A stretch of DNA of 64,000 bases from positions 38,395 through 102,394 of the forward strand of contig JACPBB010000003.1 of NCBI GenBank assembly GCA_016180525.1. Reading direction: 5' to 3'. Shown one piece after another: positions 1 to 10,589 of this stretch (position 1 is its first letter; every line of letters starts with the position of its first letter). The notes below the pieces were generated by a model. That model was not told the DNA's origin, searched no databases, and saw nothing but the letters and a program-made list of their open reading frames with translations. The translations under genes and the position numbers were made by a program. The DNA is from Parcubacteria group bacterium (GTDB taxonomy: Bacteria; Patescibacteriota; Minisyncoccia; Phycocordibacterales; UBA2135).

Positions 1-590
1 ATGTACCAAGCAATTTTTTAATGGCACGAAGACGACGAAGGTACACTCCAAGAGTATCCGGGGTCCATCCGTTTTTTGCAAACACGCATACAGCATATGT
101 TTCAATGTCTTTAAAGACATCGCGGGTGCCTGAAAATATGGGGCCACAGTGATGCAGTTTTCCCAAAACGTGCGCAACAGATAATATGTCTTCTGCCCAA
201 ATTTCTGTTTTATCAAACACCGCTCCCTCAATATAGCGAACTATAAGCAGTTTGTGTTTAGGAAGATGTGCAATGGGATAGGGACCTATCCCCAATTCCG
301 CCGCTGTGCGCGTATTTCGTACCTCAACTTTTCTGTTAATTCCCAAAAGCTTGTTGAATGGAAACGCAAAACGCGCTACATATCGGTCTACGCCAGACTC
401 TACGACATAATTCTTGTTCGTAATACCTCCCTTGAGCTCAGTTATGCTCGTAGAACGATTTTTAAACAATGGAGTGTGTCGTAAAACATCCATGTGTTGT
501 GCAACCATTACCTCGGCCGTAATATGCCTACCTGCGCTCATTGCGATACCTCTTACAGTATTCTTGTATCGTTTTAACATGCCGCCTCAT
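1..590 (-). CDS. Partial (3'-truncated by window edge) phosphotransferase of the APH/choline-kinase family
   Basis: Minus-strand translation from ATG at 590..588 gives MLKRYKNTVRGIAMSAGRHITAEVMVAQH...ITELKGGITNKNYVVESG...RYIEGAVFD..., with the GG-x-TN-x-x-Y nucleotide-binding motif typical of APH/choline kinase-like kinases. The ORF runs off the 5' edge of the window. Confidence 0.55.
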
Positions 591-693
591 TTAGAGCAAG
601 TTGTGCAACAAACAAAATTTTTCGGTGTATGTCAATGCGTTTTATAAAAAATATCATTATAATAAAAACAGAACTTGAAAAAATAGGTACACG

Positions 694-1422
694 ATGTCAG
701 AAACAATTTTGCGGGAAAATGGAAATGGCTTAGAAACACAGATAAAACTATTGCATAAACATTTGAAAACTCGAGAGCGATATGACGGAGCATTTCTCCC
801 CCCGCCCCTTTTTATTGAGTTCGCGGGAACCCCGTCTTCAGGAAAAACTACTATTATTAAAGAATTGTATAAGTTTTTGAAAAGAAGCGGATTTAAAGTA
901 GCAATCCCCCAAGAAGGCGCCGAGGTTGTACCACATACTCACAGAAATTCTCCTAAATATAACATCAGAACTGGTATGTACGCTCTTGAAATTCTTTTGC
1001 GGCTACAGCAAACACATGAGTACGATTTTGTACTTTTTGATCGCTGTATTTTTGATGCATATGTTTGGATGACATATTGGAATGAAAAAGGAATGCTCAG
1101 TGCTGAAGAAACAAAATTACTTCAGCAATATTTTCTTTTCCCTCAATGGAGCCATGATATCGGTGTTGCGTATTATGTTGTGTGCGATCCAAAGATAGCT
1201 ATTGAACGAGAAAATGCCATTGCCATCTCTCAAAAATTGGGCGAAACCACAAATCCAAAAACCCTTGAAAAATTAATCGCGTTTCATTTTCAAGCATATA
1301 GTGAATTAAAAGACTCATTCCACCAGCTTCACTTGCTCGATACTACTGCCTTAAACCGTTTACAAATGGTTGAGACGGTGACAAAAGACTTGTTTAATAC
1401 TCTTCTTTTAAAAGTTGAGTAA
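694..1422 (+). CDS. P-loop NTPase, predicted nucleoside/nucleotide-kinase-like protein
   Basis: Walker A 'FAGTPSSGKTT' near the N-terminus in a 242-aa soluble protein; it is followed by a terminator. The family assignment beyond P-loop kinase-like is inference. Confidence 0.45.
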   Translation: MSETILRENGNGLETQIKLLHKHLKTRERYDGAFLPPPLFIEFAGTPSSGKTTIIKELYKFLKRSGFKVAIPQEGAEVVPHTHRNSPKYNIRTGMYALEILLRLQQTHEYDFVLFDRCIFDAYVWMTYWNEKGMLSAEETKLLQQYFLFPQWSHDIGVAYYVVCDPKIAIERENAIAISQKLGETTNPKTLEKLIAFHFQAYSELKDSFHQLHLLDTTALNRLQMVETVTKDLFNTLLLKVE

Positions 1423-1429
1423 AGCACAA

Positions 1430-1455
1430 ACCCTCTTACAAAGAGGGTTTTTTAT
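1430..1455. terminator. Rho-independent terminator between convergent genes
   Basis: Hairpin ccctctt-acaa-agaggg followed by TTTTTT immediately after the stop of 694..1422 (+) and abutting the end of 1452..2606 (-). Confidence 0.55.
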
Positions 1456-2606
1456 CCAAATGTAAACGCAAAGGCCTCAATGTTCGGATCAAGAAAGCGG
1501 ATAATAAGCACGTGCTCTCCGTATGCTCCCCGTAGGTCTACCAGATTATATAAGTCATGCTTATTAAACGTCACAAACCCGTCAACCACTTGCGCGCCTT
1601 CTCCGTTCGTCCCTATCGATTTTCCATCAAGCAATATCTGCGCGCGTACATTTTCCCCATCTGTCCCGCCGGCAACAAGATTAACCTTGTCCGCAGAAAA
1701 CGCAATAATAATCGCACCCTCTTCAGCTGAGGAGGCGGCGTATTCACTTTTTATATTCCAGATACCACTTAACGCAAAGGTGTTTAAATTTATTTTTTGA
1801 GGAGCAATAAAGACACAGTCAGTATCAAAACAATCATTTGAGGGCAAGTTTGCAAGAAACTGAATGCGACTAGACCCGAGATATGTTTCCGGACTTCTTA
1901 CCTTACTGAAATCAGTATCACCTCCAAGTTTAGAAGCAGTACCTTCAAGCACAACTTCCGTACCTTCGTTTAAAATCTTGTTACGCTCGTTCAGCAATGC
2001 AACAATTTTTTCTTCTGTTTCCTCATATGCCCCCTCACCGATATGGTCATATACGATAAACCCATCTATATCAATGAGATATTTTCTCGGCCAATATCTA
2101 TTTTTATACGCATTCCATGTTGAGTAATCATTATCAAGAATAACAGGGTACTGTATGCCAAACTTTTCCGTGGCCCGCTTTACATTGTCATAATTTTTTT
2201 CAAAATCAAACTCCGGTGTGTGAACTCCTAAGATCAAGAGACCCTTATCGGCGTATGCTTTATGCCACGCGTTAAGATATGGTGTTGTTCTCTGACAGTT
2301 AATGCACGAGTATGTCCAAAAATCAACAAGAATAATTTTTTTGCCAACGAACTCGGAAACAGCAATCCTGTCAGTATTGATAAATCCGTCCGGAGTTGAA
2401 ATTTCTTTTGCCGATTCATATTTTTTTGATTTCTCTGCAACGCGCGCCTTCGCAGCTACGTCCTCGGCTTCTAAAACAATTGTGCTGTCCTCGGAGACAG
2501 ATGAGAAACTCACAGACCTCGCTTTCCGTGATTCAAGATATACAATGAAGCCAATAATAAATATAAGTGCCACTGCAAGTAATATAATTCTTTTTTTATC
2601 TCGCAT
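1452..2606 (-). CDS. Membrane-anchored thioredoxin-fold thiol:disulfide oxidoreductase (TlpA/ResA-like) with extra C-terminal beta-rich domain
   Basis: N-terminal TM helix; redoxin motif 'FWTYSCINCQRTTPYL' (W-x-x-C-x-x-C); lies adjacent to ccdA. Confidence 0.6.
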   Translation of the reverse strand: MRDKKRIILLAVALIFIIGFIVYLESRKARSVSFSSVSEDSTIVLEAEDVAAKARVAEKSKKYESAKEISTPDGFINTDRIAVSEFVGKKIILVDFWTYSCINCQRTTPYLNAWHKAYADKGLLILGVHTPEFDFEKNYDNVKRATEKFGIQYPVILDNDYSTWNAYKNRYWPRKYLIDIDGFIVYDHIGEGAYEETEEKIVALLNERNKILNEGTEVVLEGTASKLGGDTDFSKVRSPETYLGSSRIQFLANLPSNDCFDTDCVFIAPQKINLNTFALSGIWNIKSEYAASSAEEGAIIIAFSADKVNLVAGGTDGENVRAQILLDGKSIGTNGEGAQVVDGFVTFNKHDLYNLVDLRGAYGEHVLIIRFLDPNIEAFAFTFG

Positions 2607-2623
2607 AATTTATTTTGGAGTGG

Positions 2624-3334
2624 TTATTTAAGAAGAAAACGATTAAGAAGCTCAAAATTTGCAATGAGATTTAAGCTTTGAGTAAAAACAAGAACGCCGA
2701 GAACAGTGAGTATTATTCCAAACACAATATTTACATAATGAAGTATGGAAGCGTATCTTTGAATAACAGCATCGGCTTGTGACGCAAACGCCCCTACGAC
2801 AAGAAACGGAAGGCCTAGCCCGAGAGAGTACGAAAACAACAGTCCGAAAGCAGACCCCGGCTCTGATGCCGCGAGTCCCAAAATCGCGCCGAGCGCCGCG
2901 CCCACGCACGGAGTCCATCCGGCCGCAAACGCCGCGCCAAAGACAAATGAGGTCACAAGACGTGATTTAAATCTGTGTCTTACAAGAATTTTATGTTCCC
3001 GTTCTAAAAATGGAATCTTAATAAGATGGGTGAGATATAATCCAAAAAATATGATTATTATTCCTCCGACACGCGCAAGCCATGTCTGTACTTCATATGC
3101 GACAGATTTAAGAATGCTGTTCAAAAGTACTCCGAGAAGCGCGAAAACTGCGGAAAATCCAATGACAAAAAACAAACTATTTACAAAAATCGCCATACGC
3201 CCTCTCGTTTCCGGTCTGTTAAGCGATGCCCCCGAAAGGTACGCTAAAAAACCCGGAATAATGGGCAGAACACACGGAGAAAGAAATGATATGAGTCCGG
3301 CAACAAACGCGATGCTAAGTGTTACAGTTTCCAT
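2624..3334 (-). CDS. ccdA: Cytochrome c-type biogenesis / disulfide-transfer membrane protein CcdA (DsbD family)
   Basis: Polytopic membrane protein with the hallmark 'LSPCVLPIIPGFLAYLSG' and a second Cys in 'GWTPCVGAALGAIL'. It pairs with the adjacent thioredoxin-like gene. Confidence 0.7.
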   Translation of the reverse strand: METVTLSIAFVAGLISFLSPCVLPIIPGFLAYLSGASLNRPETRGRMAIFVNSLFFVIGFSAVFALLGVLLNSILKSVAYEVQTWLARVGGIIIIFFGLYLTHLIKIPFLEREHKILVRHRFKSRLVTSFVFGAAFAAGWTPCVGAALGAILGLAASEPGSAFGLLFSYSLGLGLPFLVVGAFASQADAVIQRYASILHYVNIVFGIILTVLGVLVFTQSLNLIANFELLNRFLLK

Positions 3335-3349
3335 ATAATATATTGTATT

Positions 3350-4000
3350 TTACTCAAAAAAGATGGGTATTTCAAGAGCATCGTCGTGCTCAGGAAGTCC
3401 CGAAGGGTTATCTTTTCGTAAAATGAGTGTTCCGTGCTTGCTGAAATCCGCATCCAACCCATCTCGCCGAAAGCTTGCCGAGGCGGAGCTCGGGTTTTCA
3501 AATTGAAGTTCCGTTTTAAACGGAACAAAATCTTCCGTCATCCAACTTGCCCCGTCGGCGGAGCCGACCTCGGGGTCATCCTGCGCTTCTGCGTAATGCT
3601 CCGCGATAATTTTTCCATCCCAATCAGTAAGTACAACCGGAAAACTTGCTTCAAAAAACCAATAGCCGCGCGCCTCACCGATAATTATAAGCGGACTTTT
3701 AATGATCTCGTTTGGCCGCGGTGTCTCTAAACGAATCAAGTTTATTTTTTCAAGTTCGTTGCCGATGTGTTCTATGAATAAATTCCCTTCTTTATCTCTG
3801 CACTGCCGAGGATATGATTCCATAACCGCATTGCCCTGTCGTAGACATTCTTCAAACGTTTCCGTAACTTGAGGAATATTCGCTCCTGAAAGAAAAAAAA
3901 TAAGTATAAAAAGAGCAGCCAAAAATAATCCTACGAAGACAAACTTAATTTTTTGACTTGTCATAGTTAATAGTATACCAAAAGAAAAACCGGACTCCAT
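3350..4000 (-). CDS. Hypothetical secreted/membrane-anchored protein
   Basis: ORF with an N-terminal hydrophobic segment; no motif recognised. Confidence 0.3.
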   Translation of the reverse strand: MESGFSFGILLTMTSQKIKFVFVGLFLAALFILIFFLSGANIPQVTETFEECLRQGNAVMESYPRQCRDKEGNLFIEHIGNELEKINLIRLETPRPNEIIKSPLIIIGEARGYWFFEASFPVVLTDWDGKIIAEHYAEAQDDPEVGSADGASWMTEDFVPFKTELQFENPSSASASFRRDGLDADFSKHGTLILRKDNPSGLPEHDDALEIPIFFE

Positions 4001-4159
4001 TGTAGCCCGGTATGTGTTGTATGTTATTGGTTTCGAGAAAGTCTCGAGGGAACTTTATCTCGTCTTAAAATATCGCACGGATGAGAAAATAATTCCGACA
4101 TCACAAATAAAACGTACGCTGAAGGAAAGAATCCCCGATTGCTCGAGGATTTTGTGCTG

Positions 4160-5071
4160 TTACACAATTTTACTGGAATCAGAAAAAGTCATTTTTAGCT
4201 CGTGTGAATCTCCTTTTTCAAGGAGGCTTGCAATGACTGTATATAAATCATGAGTGGAGCCGCCACGCCATTCCCACAGTACTTCAGAGCGTTTTAAAAC
4301 CCCCACGGGGTACGGATAGAGCGAGAACTCAATCGTCATCGGTCTAAAATCGGATCTAAATGACGCAAGCTGGTCCCCCAAAAGCCGGAGCGATTCCGGT
4401 GCCCAATCAGGAGCTCTTGAACCAAACCGGCGCAAAAACACGTGAAGTTCTGATGTTTTCTCGTCTACATCCCTTGGAGTTCCATATCCTTTAAAGTACG
4501 AGACCAGATATCGCGCGTTATCCAAAAGCACAATATTGCCGGCGAGAAGTGAGTCCTTAAGGGGAAGTGCTTCGTTCACAAGCGTGTGATAATTTTCGTT
4601 GTGTTTATTACAAAACCTAAGAACAGTATCAATACTATCTACATCATACGCAACCGGCAGTTTGGGGGTTTCTTTAAGCGGATCCTCTTCGGTAAAATTG
4701 CGCAAAGAAATTCTTCCATGGCGAGCAAAAAACACCGTCAACTCTTCAACAGAAAGTTCGTTGCGTAACCAGAACCTAAAATCAGCACAATTAAAGCCCG
4801 CATGCGCTAACTCTTGAAGTCGTAGATGCTTGAGCGGAAGCATTCGCTCCAGCGAATAATTTGAAGATTTTCTAAGTAATAACCTTGCAAGCCAGCTCCC
4901 AATAATAGCGTGTCCGTCAGCGACACGAATAATCCGCGTGGCGCTTTTGAAGTGTTTATTGATGAAACGGCCAAACGCCCTTCGCTGATTTCTTGTTTGC
5001 TTCATGAAAATCCCTCTCCTAAACAAAGGACAACTAACTATATAAATAACATATAAATATAAACTTGTCAA
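4160..5071 (-). CDS. Hypothetical protein
   Basis: 303-aa ORF; the more likely start is the internal Met (MKQTRNQ..., about 5005); no recognised motif. Confidence 0.3.
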   Translation of the reverse strand: MTSLYLYVIYIVSCPLFRRGIFMKQTRNQRRAFGRFINKHFKSATRIIRVADGHAIIGSWLARLLLRKSSNYSLERMLPLKHLRLQELAHAGFNCADFRFWLRNELSVEELTVFFARHGRISLRNFTEEDPLKETPKLPVAYDVDSIDTVLRFCNKHNENYHTLVNEALPLKDSLLAGNIVLLDNARYLVSYFKGYGTPRDVDEKTSELHVFLRRFGSRAPDWAPESLRLLGDQLASFRSDFRPMTIEFSLYPYPVGVLKRSEVLWEWRGGSTHDLYTVIASLLEKGDSHELKMTFSDSSKIV

Positions 5072-5162
5072 AGAAAAAGGCTTACAAAATCTTGTAAGCC
5101 CAAACTAAAGGACGTGTAATTATTTGTTTTTATTTTTTTCTTCTAATCTGTCTTTTTTGTGT

Positions 5163-5990
5163 TTATGATTTTCTGCCATACTCAGGAGTATCGGTTTTCG
5201 GAAGCTGTCTCAGAACATCAAGCGGGCGCATAAAGGTGTAGGGGTCTTGTCGACGATAAAACTTTTTTACTTTCGGTACCTCGTCACCGAGTATAACTTG
5301 ATTCCAAGAACACGGATATGCCGCGTATGGATATTCTTTTGGTGTATTGCGCACCACAAGACATCCAACAGATACTCCAAGTTCTCGCGCAAGATATGCA
5401 CGATGTAATCCGTCAATTAACAACGGGGCGCAGAGTGTTTGTTTCTCCGGCGGTAATCGATCACCCTCACGAGGGAGAAAAGAAACAACTTCTTCGGAAA
5501 TTTCCACATATGGCGGAATCATGCCAATCAATCCTGATTCCGTCCTTAAATGCAATACTTCAGAAAGTGATAGCGTATCAATACCGTATTCATTGAGCAG
5601 ATGTTCTCGAAGTGCCCTTTGCACTTGAAAATTCTTGCGTAACAAATATAACGCAACAGGATTCAACTCCTCGGGGTGCATGGACGCAAGACGGATTTCA
5701 GTGTGTTTGTAAAAATAGACTTTTTGTTCACCCGTATTTTCAAGTCTTGCGTGTTTTAAAGAAACAATTGCTGTTTGAATTGGTATCCGTCGTTCAAGCA
5801 CGACGCGCATTGGTGCTCTCCATCCGGCGAGCGCCAAGCAATCCATCGAGGGAAACTTCTTGACACGAGGGTTGTGGGAGAATGAGCCAATCCAGAGAGG
5901 CGTTTTGGCGCCAAACGGACACATGCCCGATGTGTTGGTGCGTAAAGGTACACCCAGTCTCTGTATATCAGAGGAGTAAAAAGAAATCAA
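5163..5990 (-). CDS. Hypothetical protein
   Basis: 275-aa ORF with good coding appearance; no recognised motif. Confidence 0.3.
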   Translation of the reverse strand: MISFYSSDIQRLGVPLRTNTSGMCPFGAKTPLWIGSFSHNPRVKKFPSMDCLALAGWRAPMRVVLERRIPIQTAIVSLKHARLENTGEQKVYFYKHTEIRLASMHPEELNPVALYLLRKNFQVQRALREHLLNEYGIDTLSLSEVLHLRTESGLIGMIPPYVEISEEVVSFLPREGDRLPPEKQTLCAPLLIDGLHRAYLARELGVSVGCLVVRNTPKEYPYAAYPCSWNQVILGDEVPKVKKFYRRQDPYTFMRPLDVLRQLPKTDTPEYGRKS

Positions 5991-6038
5991 TTAGTAAGAC
6001 GTACTCAAACGCACTCGTTTTAGCGTGAGCGCATTTAT

Positions 6039-6081
6039 CCAGCACCTTTTATCAAACATGACTTAATTAAAAAGGTGCTGG
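6039..6081. terminator. Stem-loop (11-bp perfect stem ccagcaccttt/aaaggtgctgg, about 21-nt loop containing the ttaattaa palindrome) downstream of the flavodoxin-like gene
   Basis: The inverted repeat is seen directly. There is no strong T-run, so a terminator role is tentative. Confidence 0.3.
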
Positions 6082-6139
6082 GTTTACAACAACAACCACT
6101 GTTCTAAGACTCATAAGAAGTGATATTTCCGAGTACTAT

Positions 6140-6826
6140 TTACAAATTGCCCAGATTTTCTGCAAATATACGGCAGGAGCCGCAATGTTCACATCCGCAC
6201 GAGAGAACGCTCGCAAGAGACGCGAGACGAACACCAAGAATTCTCGCAATTTTTTTATCTGCTTCATTTGGTTTTTTCCCGTGTCCAGAAACAAAAATAG
6301 CGCCATATGGACTTCCGGCATCAAAATCAGGACCTTCGCTTTGAATTGGATACGGGATACCAACCGGTATCATACCAAGATTTAAAAGCGGAATCATAAG
6401 CGAAACGAGCGTCACCTCTTCCCCGCCGTGCATGCTACCCGCAGAGCAGAAAAGCGCAATCGGTTTATTCACAAGCTTTCCTTTTAGCCACACCGGCGTG
6501 AGTCCGTCTATAAAATGCTTTACTTGAGACGCAAAACTTCCAAAATGCGTCGGTGTACCCAGTAATATACCGTCAGCCTCCACAAAATCATCCCGTGTTG
6601 CTTCCGCAAATTCAGCGTGCAATGAGTCACGCGTACGTGCAAGATTAGGATTATCGCCAAAAAAAGAATCTGGAAGAATTTCCGGAATACGCTTTATAAC
6701 TACTTCGGTATTAGCAACTGACAAAGCTCCCGCGGCAACTTCACGCGCCATGTCCGCGGTATGCCCGCTTAAACTGTAAAAAAGAACTAAAATTTTTTGT
6801 TGTTTCGTGGTGGGCATATTATTCAC
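6140..6826 (-). CDS. Flavodoxin-like fold NAD(P)H-dependent FMN reductase family protein
   Basis: N-terminus 'KILVLFYSLSGHTADMAREVAAG' is the classic flavodoxin/WrbA/NADPH-FMN-reductase signature. The C-terminal Cys-rich tail (CGCEHCGSC) is unusual. Confidence 0.6.
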   Translation of the reverse strand: MNNMPTTKQQKILVLFYSLSGHTADMAREVAAGALSVANTEVVIKRIPEILPDSFFGDNPNLARTRDSLHAEFAEATRDDFVEADGILLGTPTHFGSFASQVKHFIDGLTPVWLKGKLVNKPIALFCSAGSMHGGEEVTLVSLMIPLLNLGMIPVGIPYPIQSEGPDFDAGSPYGAIFVSGHGKKPNEADKKIARILGVRLASLASVLSCGCEHCGSCRIFAENLGNL

Positions 6827-7514
6827 TCCGTTTAGGAAAAATAATAACTATTAAACGCAGTGCGAGAACTGCAATAATAAATAAAGCTGAAATTAAAGAA
6901 ATGGAAACAAAGCCATACAAGTAGCTTGTGCTTTCAAGCCACCCGCGAAAACCCATTGCAACCACGTGAAGCAGAACAAAGCTAAACGCAAGATACCCAA
7001 GCCGTTGAATTGTCTTCCATTGTTTGGGGTTCATCTGCGACGCGACTGCCGGAATAGACGTTACGGAAACAACTGAAAAAATAAACAGCGCGAGTGTCCC
7101 AAAGAGAGCAGATATTTCACCGGTAAAATTTAATTTTCCGCTCTCAAGAAAAAATTTTGGATAATACGCCGGTGAAAGAAGCGCGAGCGAAATAACGCCG
7201 TGAAGCGCGGCAATGCTGAATCCAAAGACGCCAAGGGGCTTGCGCAGATATAACTTTTGTTCAAATGTGCAAGGCCAAAAGCGCGCAAGTGGCCCGAGTA
7301 AAAATGAAAAGCCGATAAGAATAGTACTTGAGAGTGCCAGAACTTTGTTGGTAATAAACAAAGGAATCTGCTCAAGCGGCACATCGCGAAGTACATTATA
7401 TCGAACAAATGCGTACGCAAAAGAAATGACAAAAACGACGGCAAATATGATAACTGTGGTTTTCCATCCGTTAGGAGATGTTTGTTTTATTTCTTCCATC
7501 TTTAAATTATACAA
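6819..7514 (-). CDS. Polytopic membrane protein, ferric-reductase-like transmembrane domain (MsrQ-like) candidate
   Basis: About 6 TM helices with paired His in 'AALHGVISL' and 'LLHVVAMGF', consistent with heme-binding ferric reductase-type domains. It overlaps the end of the flavodoxin-like gene by 8 nt, suggesting a functional pair. Confidence 0.4.
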   Translation of the reverse strand: MYNLKMEEIKQTSPNGWKTTVIIFAVVFVISFAYAFVRYNVLRDVPLEQIPLFITNKVLALSSTILIGFSFLLGPLARFWPCTFEQKLYLRKPLGVFGFSIAALHGVISLALLSPAYYPKFFLESGKLNFTGEISALFGTLALFIFSVVSVTSIPAVASQMNPKQWKTIQRLGYLAFSFVLLHVVAMGFRGWLESTSYLYGFVSISLISALFIIAVLALRLIVIIFPKRSE

Positions 7515-7520
7515 TACTTT

Positions 7521-10058
7521 TTATGTTTTTAATCGCAGTGAATTTAAGACAACGCTTAGACTTGAAAATGCCATTGCCGCCGCGGCAAAAATAGGATTGA
7601 GCAAAATGCCAAAAAACGGATATAAAACGCCGGCGGCAACGGGAATAAACGCGATATTATAAAAGAATGCCCAAAACAAATTTTGCTTGATTATCCTCAT
7701 CGTCTTTTTTGAAAGTGCAATCACTTCGGGGATAAGCGTCAAGTCCCCCCTCATTAAGGTAATGCTTGCCGATTCCATCGCGATATCCGTCCCCTCACTC
7801 ATGGCGATCCCTATATGTGCTTGAGCAAGCGCGGGAGCGTCGTTGATTCCATCTCCGACCATCGCAACAATTTTACCAAGTGTTTGAAGTTCACGAACTT
7901 TTTCAGATTTTTTATGAGGCGCCACTTCGCTCATCACATTTTCTATGCCCACCTGTTTCGCAATTGCCTCAGCCGTTCTTTTATTATCTCCTGTGATCAT
8001 CCACACATCTATACCACTTTTTTTCAAAGCTTGTACTGCTTTAATTGACTCACCCTTCAACACATCGGCAACCGCAAGCGCGCCCTTGATGTGTTTATCA
8101 ACGACGAGAATCATTGCTGTCTTACCTTCTTTTTCAAGAGCCGTGATTTTGTCCTCATACAAAGAAATATCAAGTCCAATTTCTTGAATCAATATCCTGT
8201 TGCCCAGATATGCCTCAACTTTTTGAGATCCGACTTTTAAAAATCCCCGTAGACCCTGCCCTGAAATCGCCTTGAAATCACCGAGCGCATACAAGTCAAT
8301 TTTTTCTTTTTTTGCTTCTTCGATTATCGCAGTGTCAAGCGGATGTGATGACCTTTGGTTCAAACTTGCGGCATACTGCAATATCGCCTTTGCAAGCGGA
8401 TGTTCGGACCGCTGTTCCAAGGAAGCCGCGACGTGAAGCACTTCTTCTTTTTTTGTGTTATTAAAAGCAATAATATCAGTCAGTTGCGGTTTCCCTTGAG
8501 TGAGAGTTCCCGTTTTGTCCAAAATAACCGCGTTGATTTTACCCGCGATTTCAAGCGAGGCAGCATCTTTGATTAAAATTCCTTTTGATGCCGCGCTACC
8601 AGAGGAAACCATAATTGCCATTGGCGTCGCAAGGCCCAATGCGCATGGGCACGCGATGATAAGCACTGCTACAAGATTTATTAAAGCGAAATTAAAAGCA
8701 GGAGCGGGTCCAAAAAAGTACCACACGATAAAAGTAAGCACGGCCACTATCCCCACCATGGGAACAAAATAAGAAGAAACGAGGTCCGCTAAACGCTGAA
8801 TAGGTGCCTTTGATCCCTGCGCCTCCTCAACCATTTTTATTATTTGAGAGAGAACAGTGTCTTTTCCAATCCTCGTGGCTTGAAAAGTAAAAGTGCCAAA
8901 TTTATTTATCGTACTGCCGATAACAAGAGCGCCAACACTTTTATGCACGGGCATTGACTCTCCTGTTACCATTGATTCGTCAATTTCAGAGTCACCTTCA
9001 ATAATTTTTCCGTCAACGGGAATTTTCTCTCCCGGCCTCACGATTATTGCATCCCCAACCACAACATCAATAATAGGTATTTCAGTTTCTTTTTTACCTC
9101 GTATAACTATTGCCGTTTTTGGCTGAAGACCCATTAATTTTTTAATTGCTTCAGACGCTCTCCCCTTCATTAAAAGTTCAAAATATTTTCCTAGAAGTAT
9201 GAGCATGATAATTATCGCCGATGTGTCAAAATATATTTTTGGCTCAACTCCTCCTTGAGTGAAAAAATCTGGAAAAAGCATAACTGCGACACTATAGAAA
9301 TATGCCGCCAAAGTGCCAACGGCAATCAGTGTGTTCATGTCTGCAGTGCGATACTTTATGAGTAGTTTCAATCCGCTGTAAAACTGAAGTCCAACCCAAA
9401 ACTGAACAGGTGTGGTTAAGACAAAAAGTATCCAGTAATTGCTTAGAAATTCTGGCACAAATGTAAACCATTCAGGAAAACTGCCGAAAAATATAAAAAC
9501 CGAAAGAATGCCGCCGACAATGAGTTTGCGTCGCAAGGTTTTTGTCTGTTTTTCTCTTTCAATTTTCTCCTTATCCAACATTTCTTTTGCTTCTCCCTCC
9601 TCTTCAATTGGTTTATACCCAGCATCTGTAATAACTTCAAAAATCTTACTGATCTCAAGTTTTTGCGGATTAAAAACGACTTTTGCTCTTTGGTTTGAAA
9701 AATCCAGATCAGTGTTTTGTATACCCGGCAACTTCTTTAAAGCATTTTCAACAACCATCGCACAGTGTGGCGAGTCCATTCCTAAAATTTTCACTGATAT
9801 TGTTTGAAGACCCTTGCGAGAAGTTATTTTTTCTTTGGCAACCGGAGTAGGTATGTCCAGCTTATAGCCGACAGACTCAACTGCTTTTGCAAGGTTTGAT
9901 TCAGAAGCAACTCCTTCGTCAAACTCAACAAGCGCCGATTCTGACGCAAAATTAACCGCAGCAGAGTGTACACCCGCTGTTTTTAAAAGCACGCGTTCAA
10001 TGCTACCAGCGCATGAAGCACAGTGCATGCCTTTAATTTTAAAAGTTTTTTTAACCAT
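7521..10058 (-). CDS. copA: Copper-translocating P1B-type ATPase with two N-terminal heavy-metal-associated domains
   Basis: HMA motifs '[12 protein letters not shown]' and '[12 protein letters not shown]'; membrane 'CPC' motif '[13 protein letters not shown]'; phosphorylation site 'DKTGTLT'; hinge '[10 protein letters not shown]'. Confidence 0.9.
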   Translation of the reverse strand: MVKKTFKIKGMHCASCAGSIERVLLKTAGVHSAAVNFASESALVEFDEGVASESNLAKAVESVGYKLDIPTPVAKEKITSRKGLQTISVKILGMDSPHCAMVVENALKKLPGIQNTDLDFSNQRAKVVFNPQKLEISKIFEVITDAGYKPIEEEGEAKEMLDKEKIEREKQTKTLRRKLIVGGILSVFIFFGSFPEWFTFVPEFLSNYWILFVLTTPVQFWVGLQFYSGLKLLIKYRTADMNTLIAVGTLAAYFYSVAVMLFPDFFTQGGVEPKIYFDTSAIIIMLILLGKYFELLMKGRASEAIKKLMGLQPKTAIVIRGKKETEIPIIDVVVGDAIIVRPGEKIPVDGKIIEGDSEIDESMVTGESMPVHKSVGALVIGSTINKFGTFTFQATRIGKDTVLSQIIKMVEEAQGSKAPIQRLADLVSSYFVPMVGIVAVLTFIVWYFFGPAPAFNFALINLVAVLIIACPCALGLATPMAIMVSSGSAASKGILIKDAASLEIAGKINAVILDKTGTLTQGKPQLTDIIAFNNTKKEEVLHVAASLEQRSEHPLAKAILQYAASLNQRSSHPLDTAIIEEAKKEKIDLYALGDFKAISGQGLRGFLKVGSQKVEAYLGNRILIQEIGLDISLYEDKITALEKEGKTAMILVVDKHIKGALAVADVLKGESIKAVQALKKSGIDVWMITGDNKRTAEAIAKQVGIENVMSEVAPHKKSEKVRELQTLGKIVAMVGDGINDAPALAQAHIGIAMSEGTDIAMESASITLMRGDLTLIPEVIALSKKTMRIIKQNLFWAFFYNIAFIPVAAGVLYPFFGILLNPIFAAAAMAFSSLSVVLNSLRLKT

Positions 10059-10060
10059 GC

Positions 10061-10315
10061 TTACGCTTTTAGAAGTGTGTTATATAGCCACGCAAATACG
10101 TATACAGTTACATACGCAAGAATAATAACTTCAATAAATCCGTATATCACTTCCGGAAAACTTACCGCGCCTTCAACATTTAGCAAATGTGTCATCCAGC
10201 TGAAAAGCGTTGCCGCTGTTTTGGGCATTAAGGCGACAATAGCCGCACAAACAACATACCAAATGCCTGCGAGTACCGCTCCGGCTAAAGCAAATTTATG
10301 TGTATTAAGTTCCAT
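10061..10315 (-). CDS. Small hydrophobic membrane protein (84 aa), hypothetical
   Basis: Two predicted TM helices; lies immediately upstream of and adjacent to copA on the same strand. Confidence 0.35.
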   Translation of the reverse strand: MELNTHKFALAGAVLAGIWYVVCAAIVALMPKTAATLFSWMTHLLNVEGAVSFPEVIYGFIEVIILAYVTVYVFAWLYNTLLKA

Positions 10316-10492
10316 ATTTTTAAACTTTTAATTTATACTTGGATATTCGACCTTTATATATCATTATACTCCATTATACCTCGCAGCTACCGCCCTGCGA
10401 CCCGTAGTTCCTCAACTTTCTAGCGCAAATACGAAAAACATAAGAAATGCAAAGATAGGAAGTACAACATATTCTTGTTACATGGCAATAAT

Positions 10493-10560
10493 TATTTCGG
10501 CTAGCGAGGAACGAAATGAAAATTGGTATTTTCATTTCGTCCGAGCGAAGACGAAATATA
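10493..10560. repeat. Imperfect long hairpin element, copy 1 of a 2-copy family (conserved flanks, variable apical stem)
   Basis: tatttcggctagcgagga-[acgaaatgaaaa ttggta ttttcatttcgt]-ccgagcgaagacgaaata. It is the reverse-complement counterpart of 39775..39839. Confidence 0.6.
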
Positions 10561-10589
10561 GGTTCCGCGGAGCAGTCCCCGCGAAACCC

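Noticed and set aside
1480-2631. Plus-strand ORFs (1480-1800, 1864-2127, 2302-2631) opposite the thioredoxin-like gene
   Set aside because: They lie entirely antisense to a well-supported minus-strand CDS and have low-complexity Ser/Pro/Thr-rich translations typical of antisense artefacts.
7815-9807. Multiple plus-strand ORFs inside copA (7815-8048, 7945-8187, 8355-8576, 8500-8772, 8893-9126, 9439-9807)
   Set aside because: They are antisense to an unambiguous P-type ATPase gene and have no motifs or RBS context.
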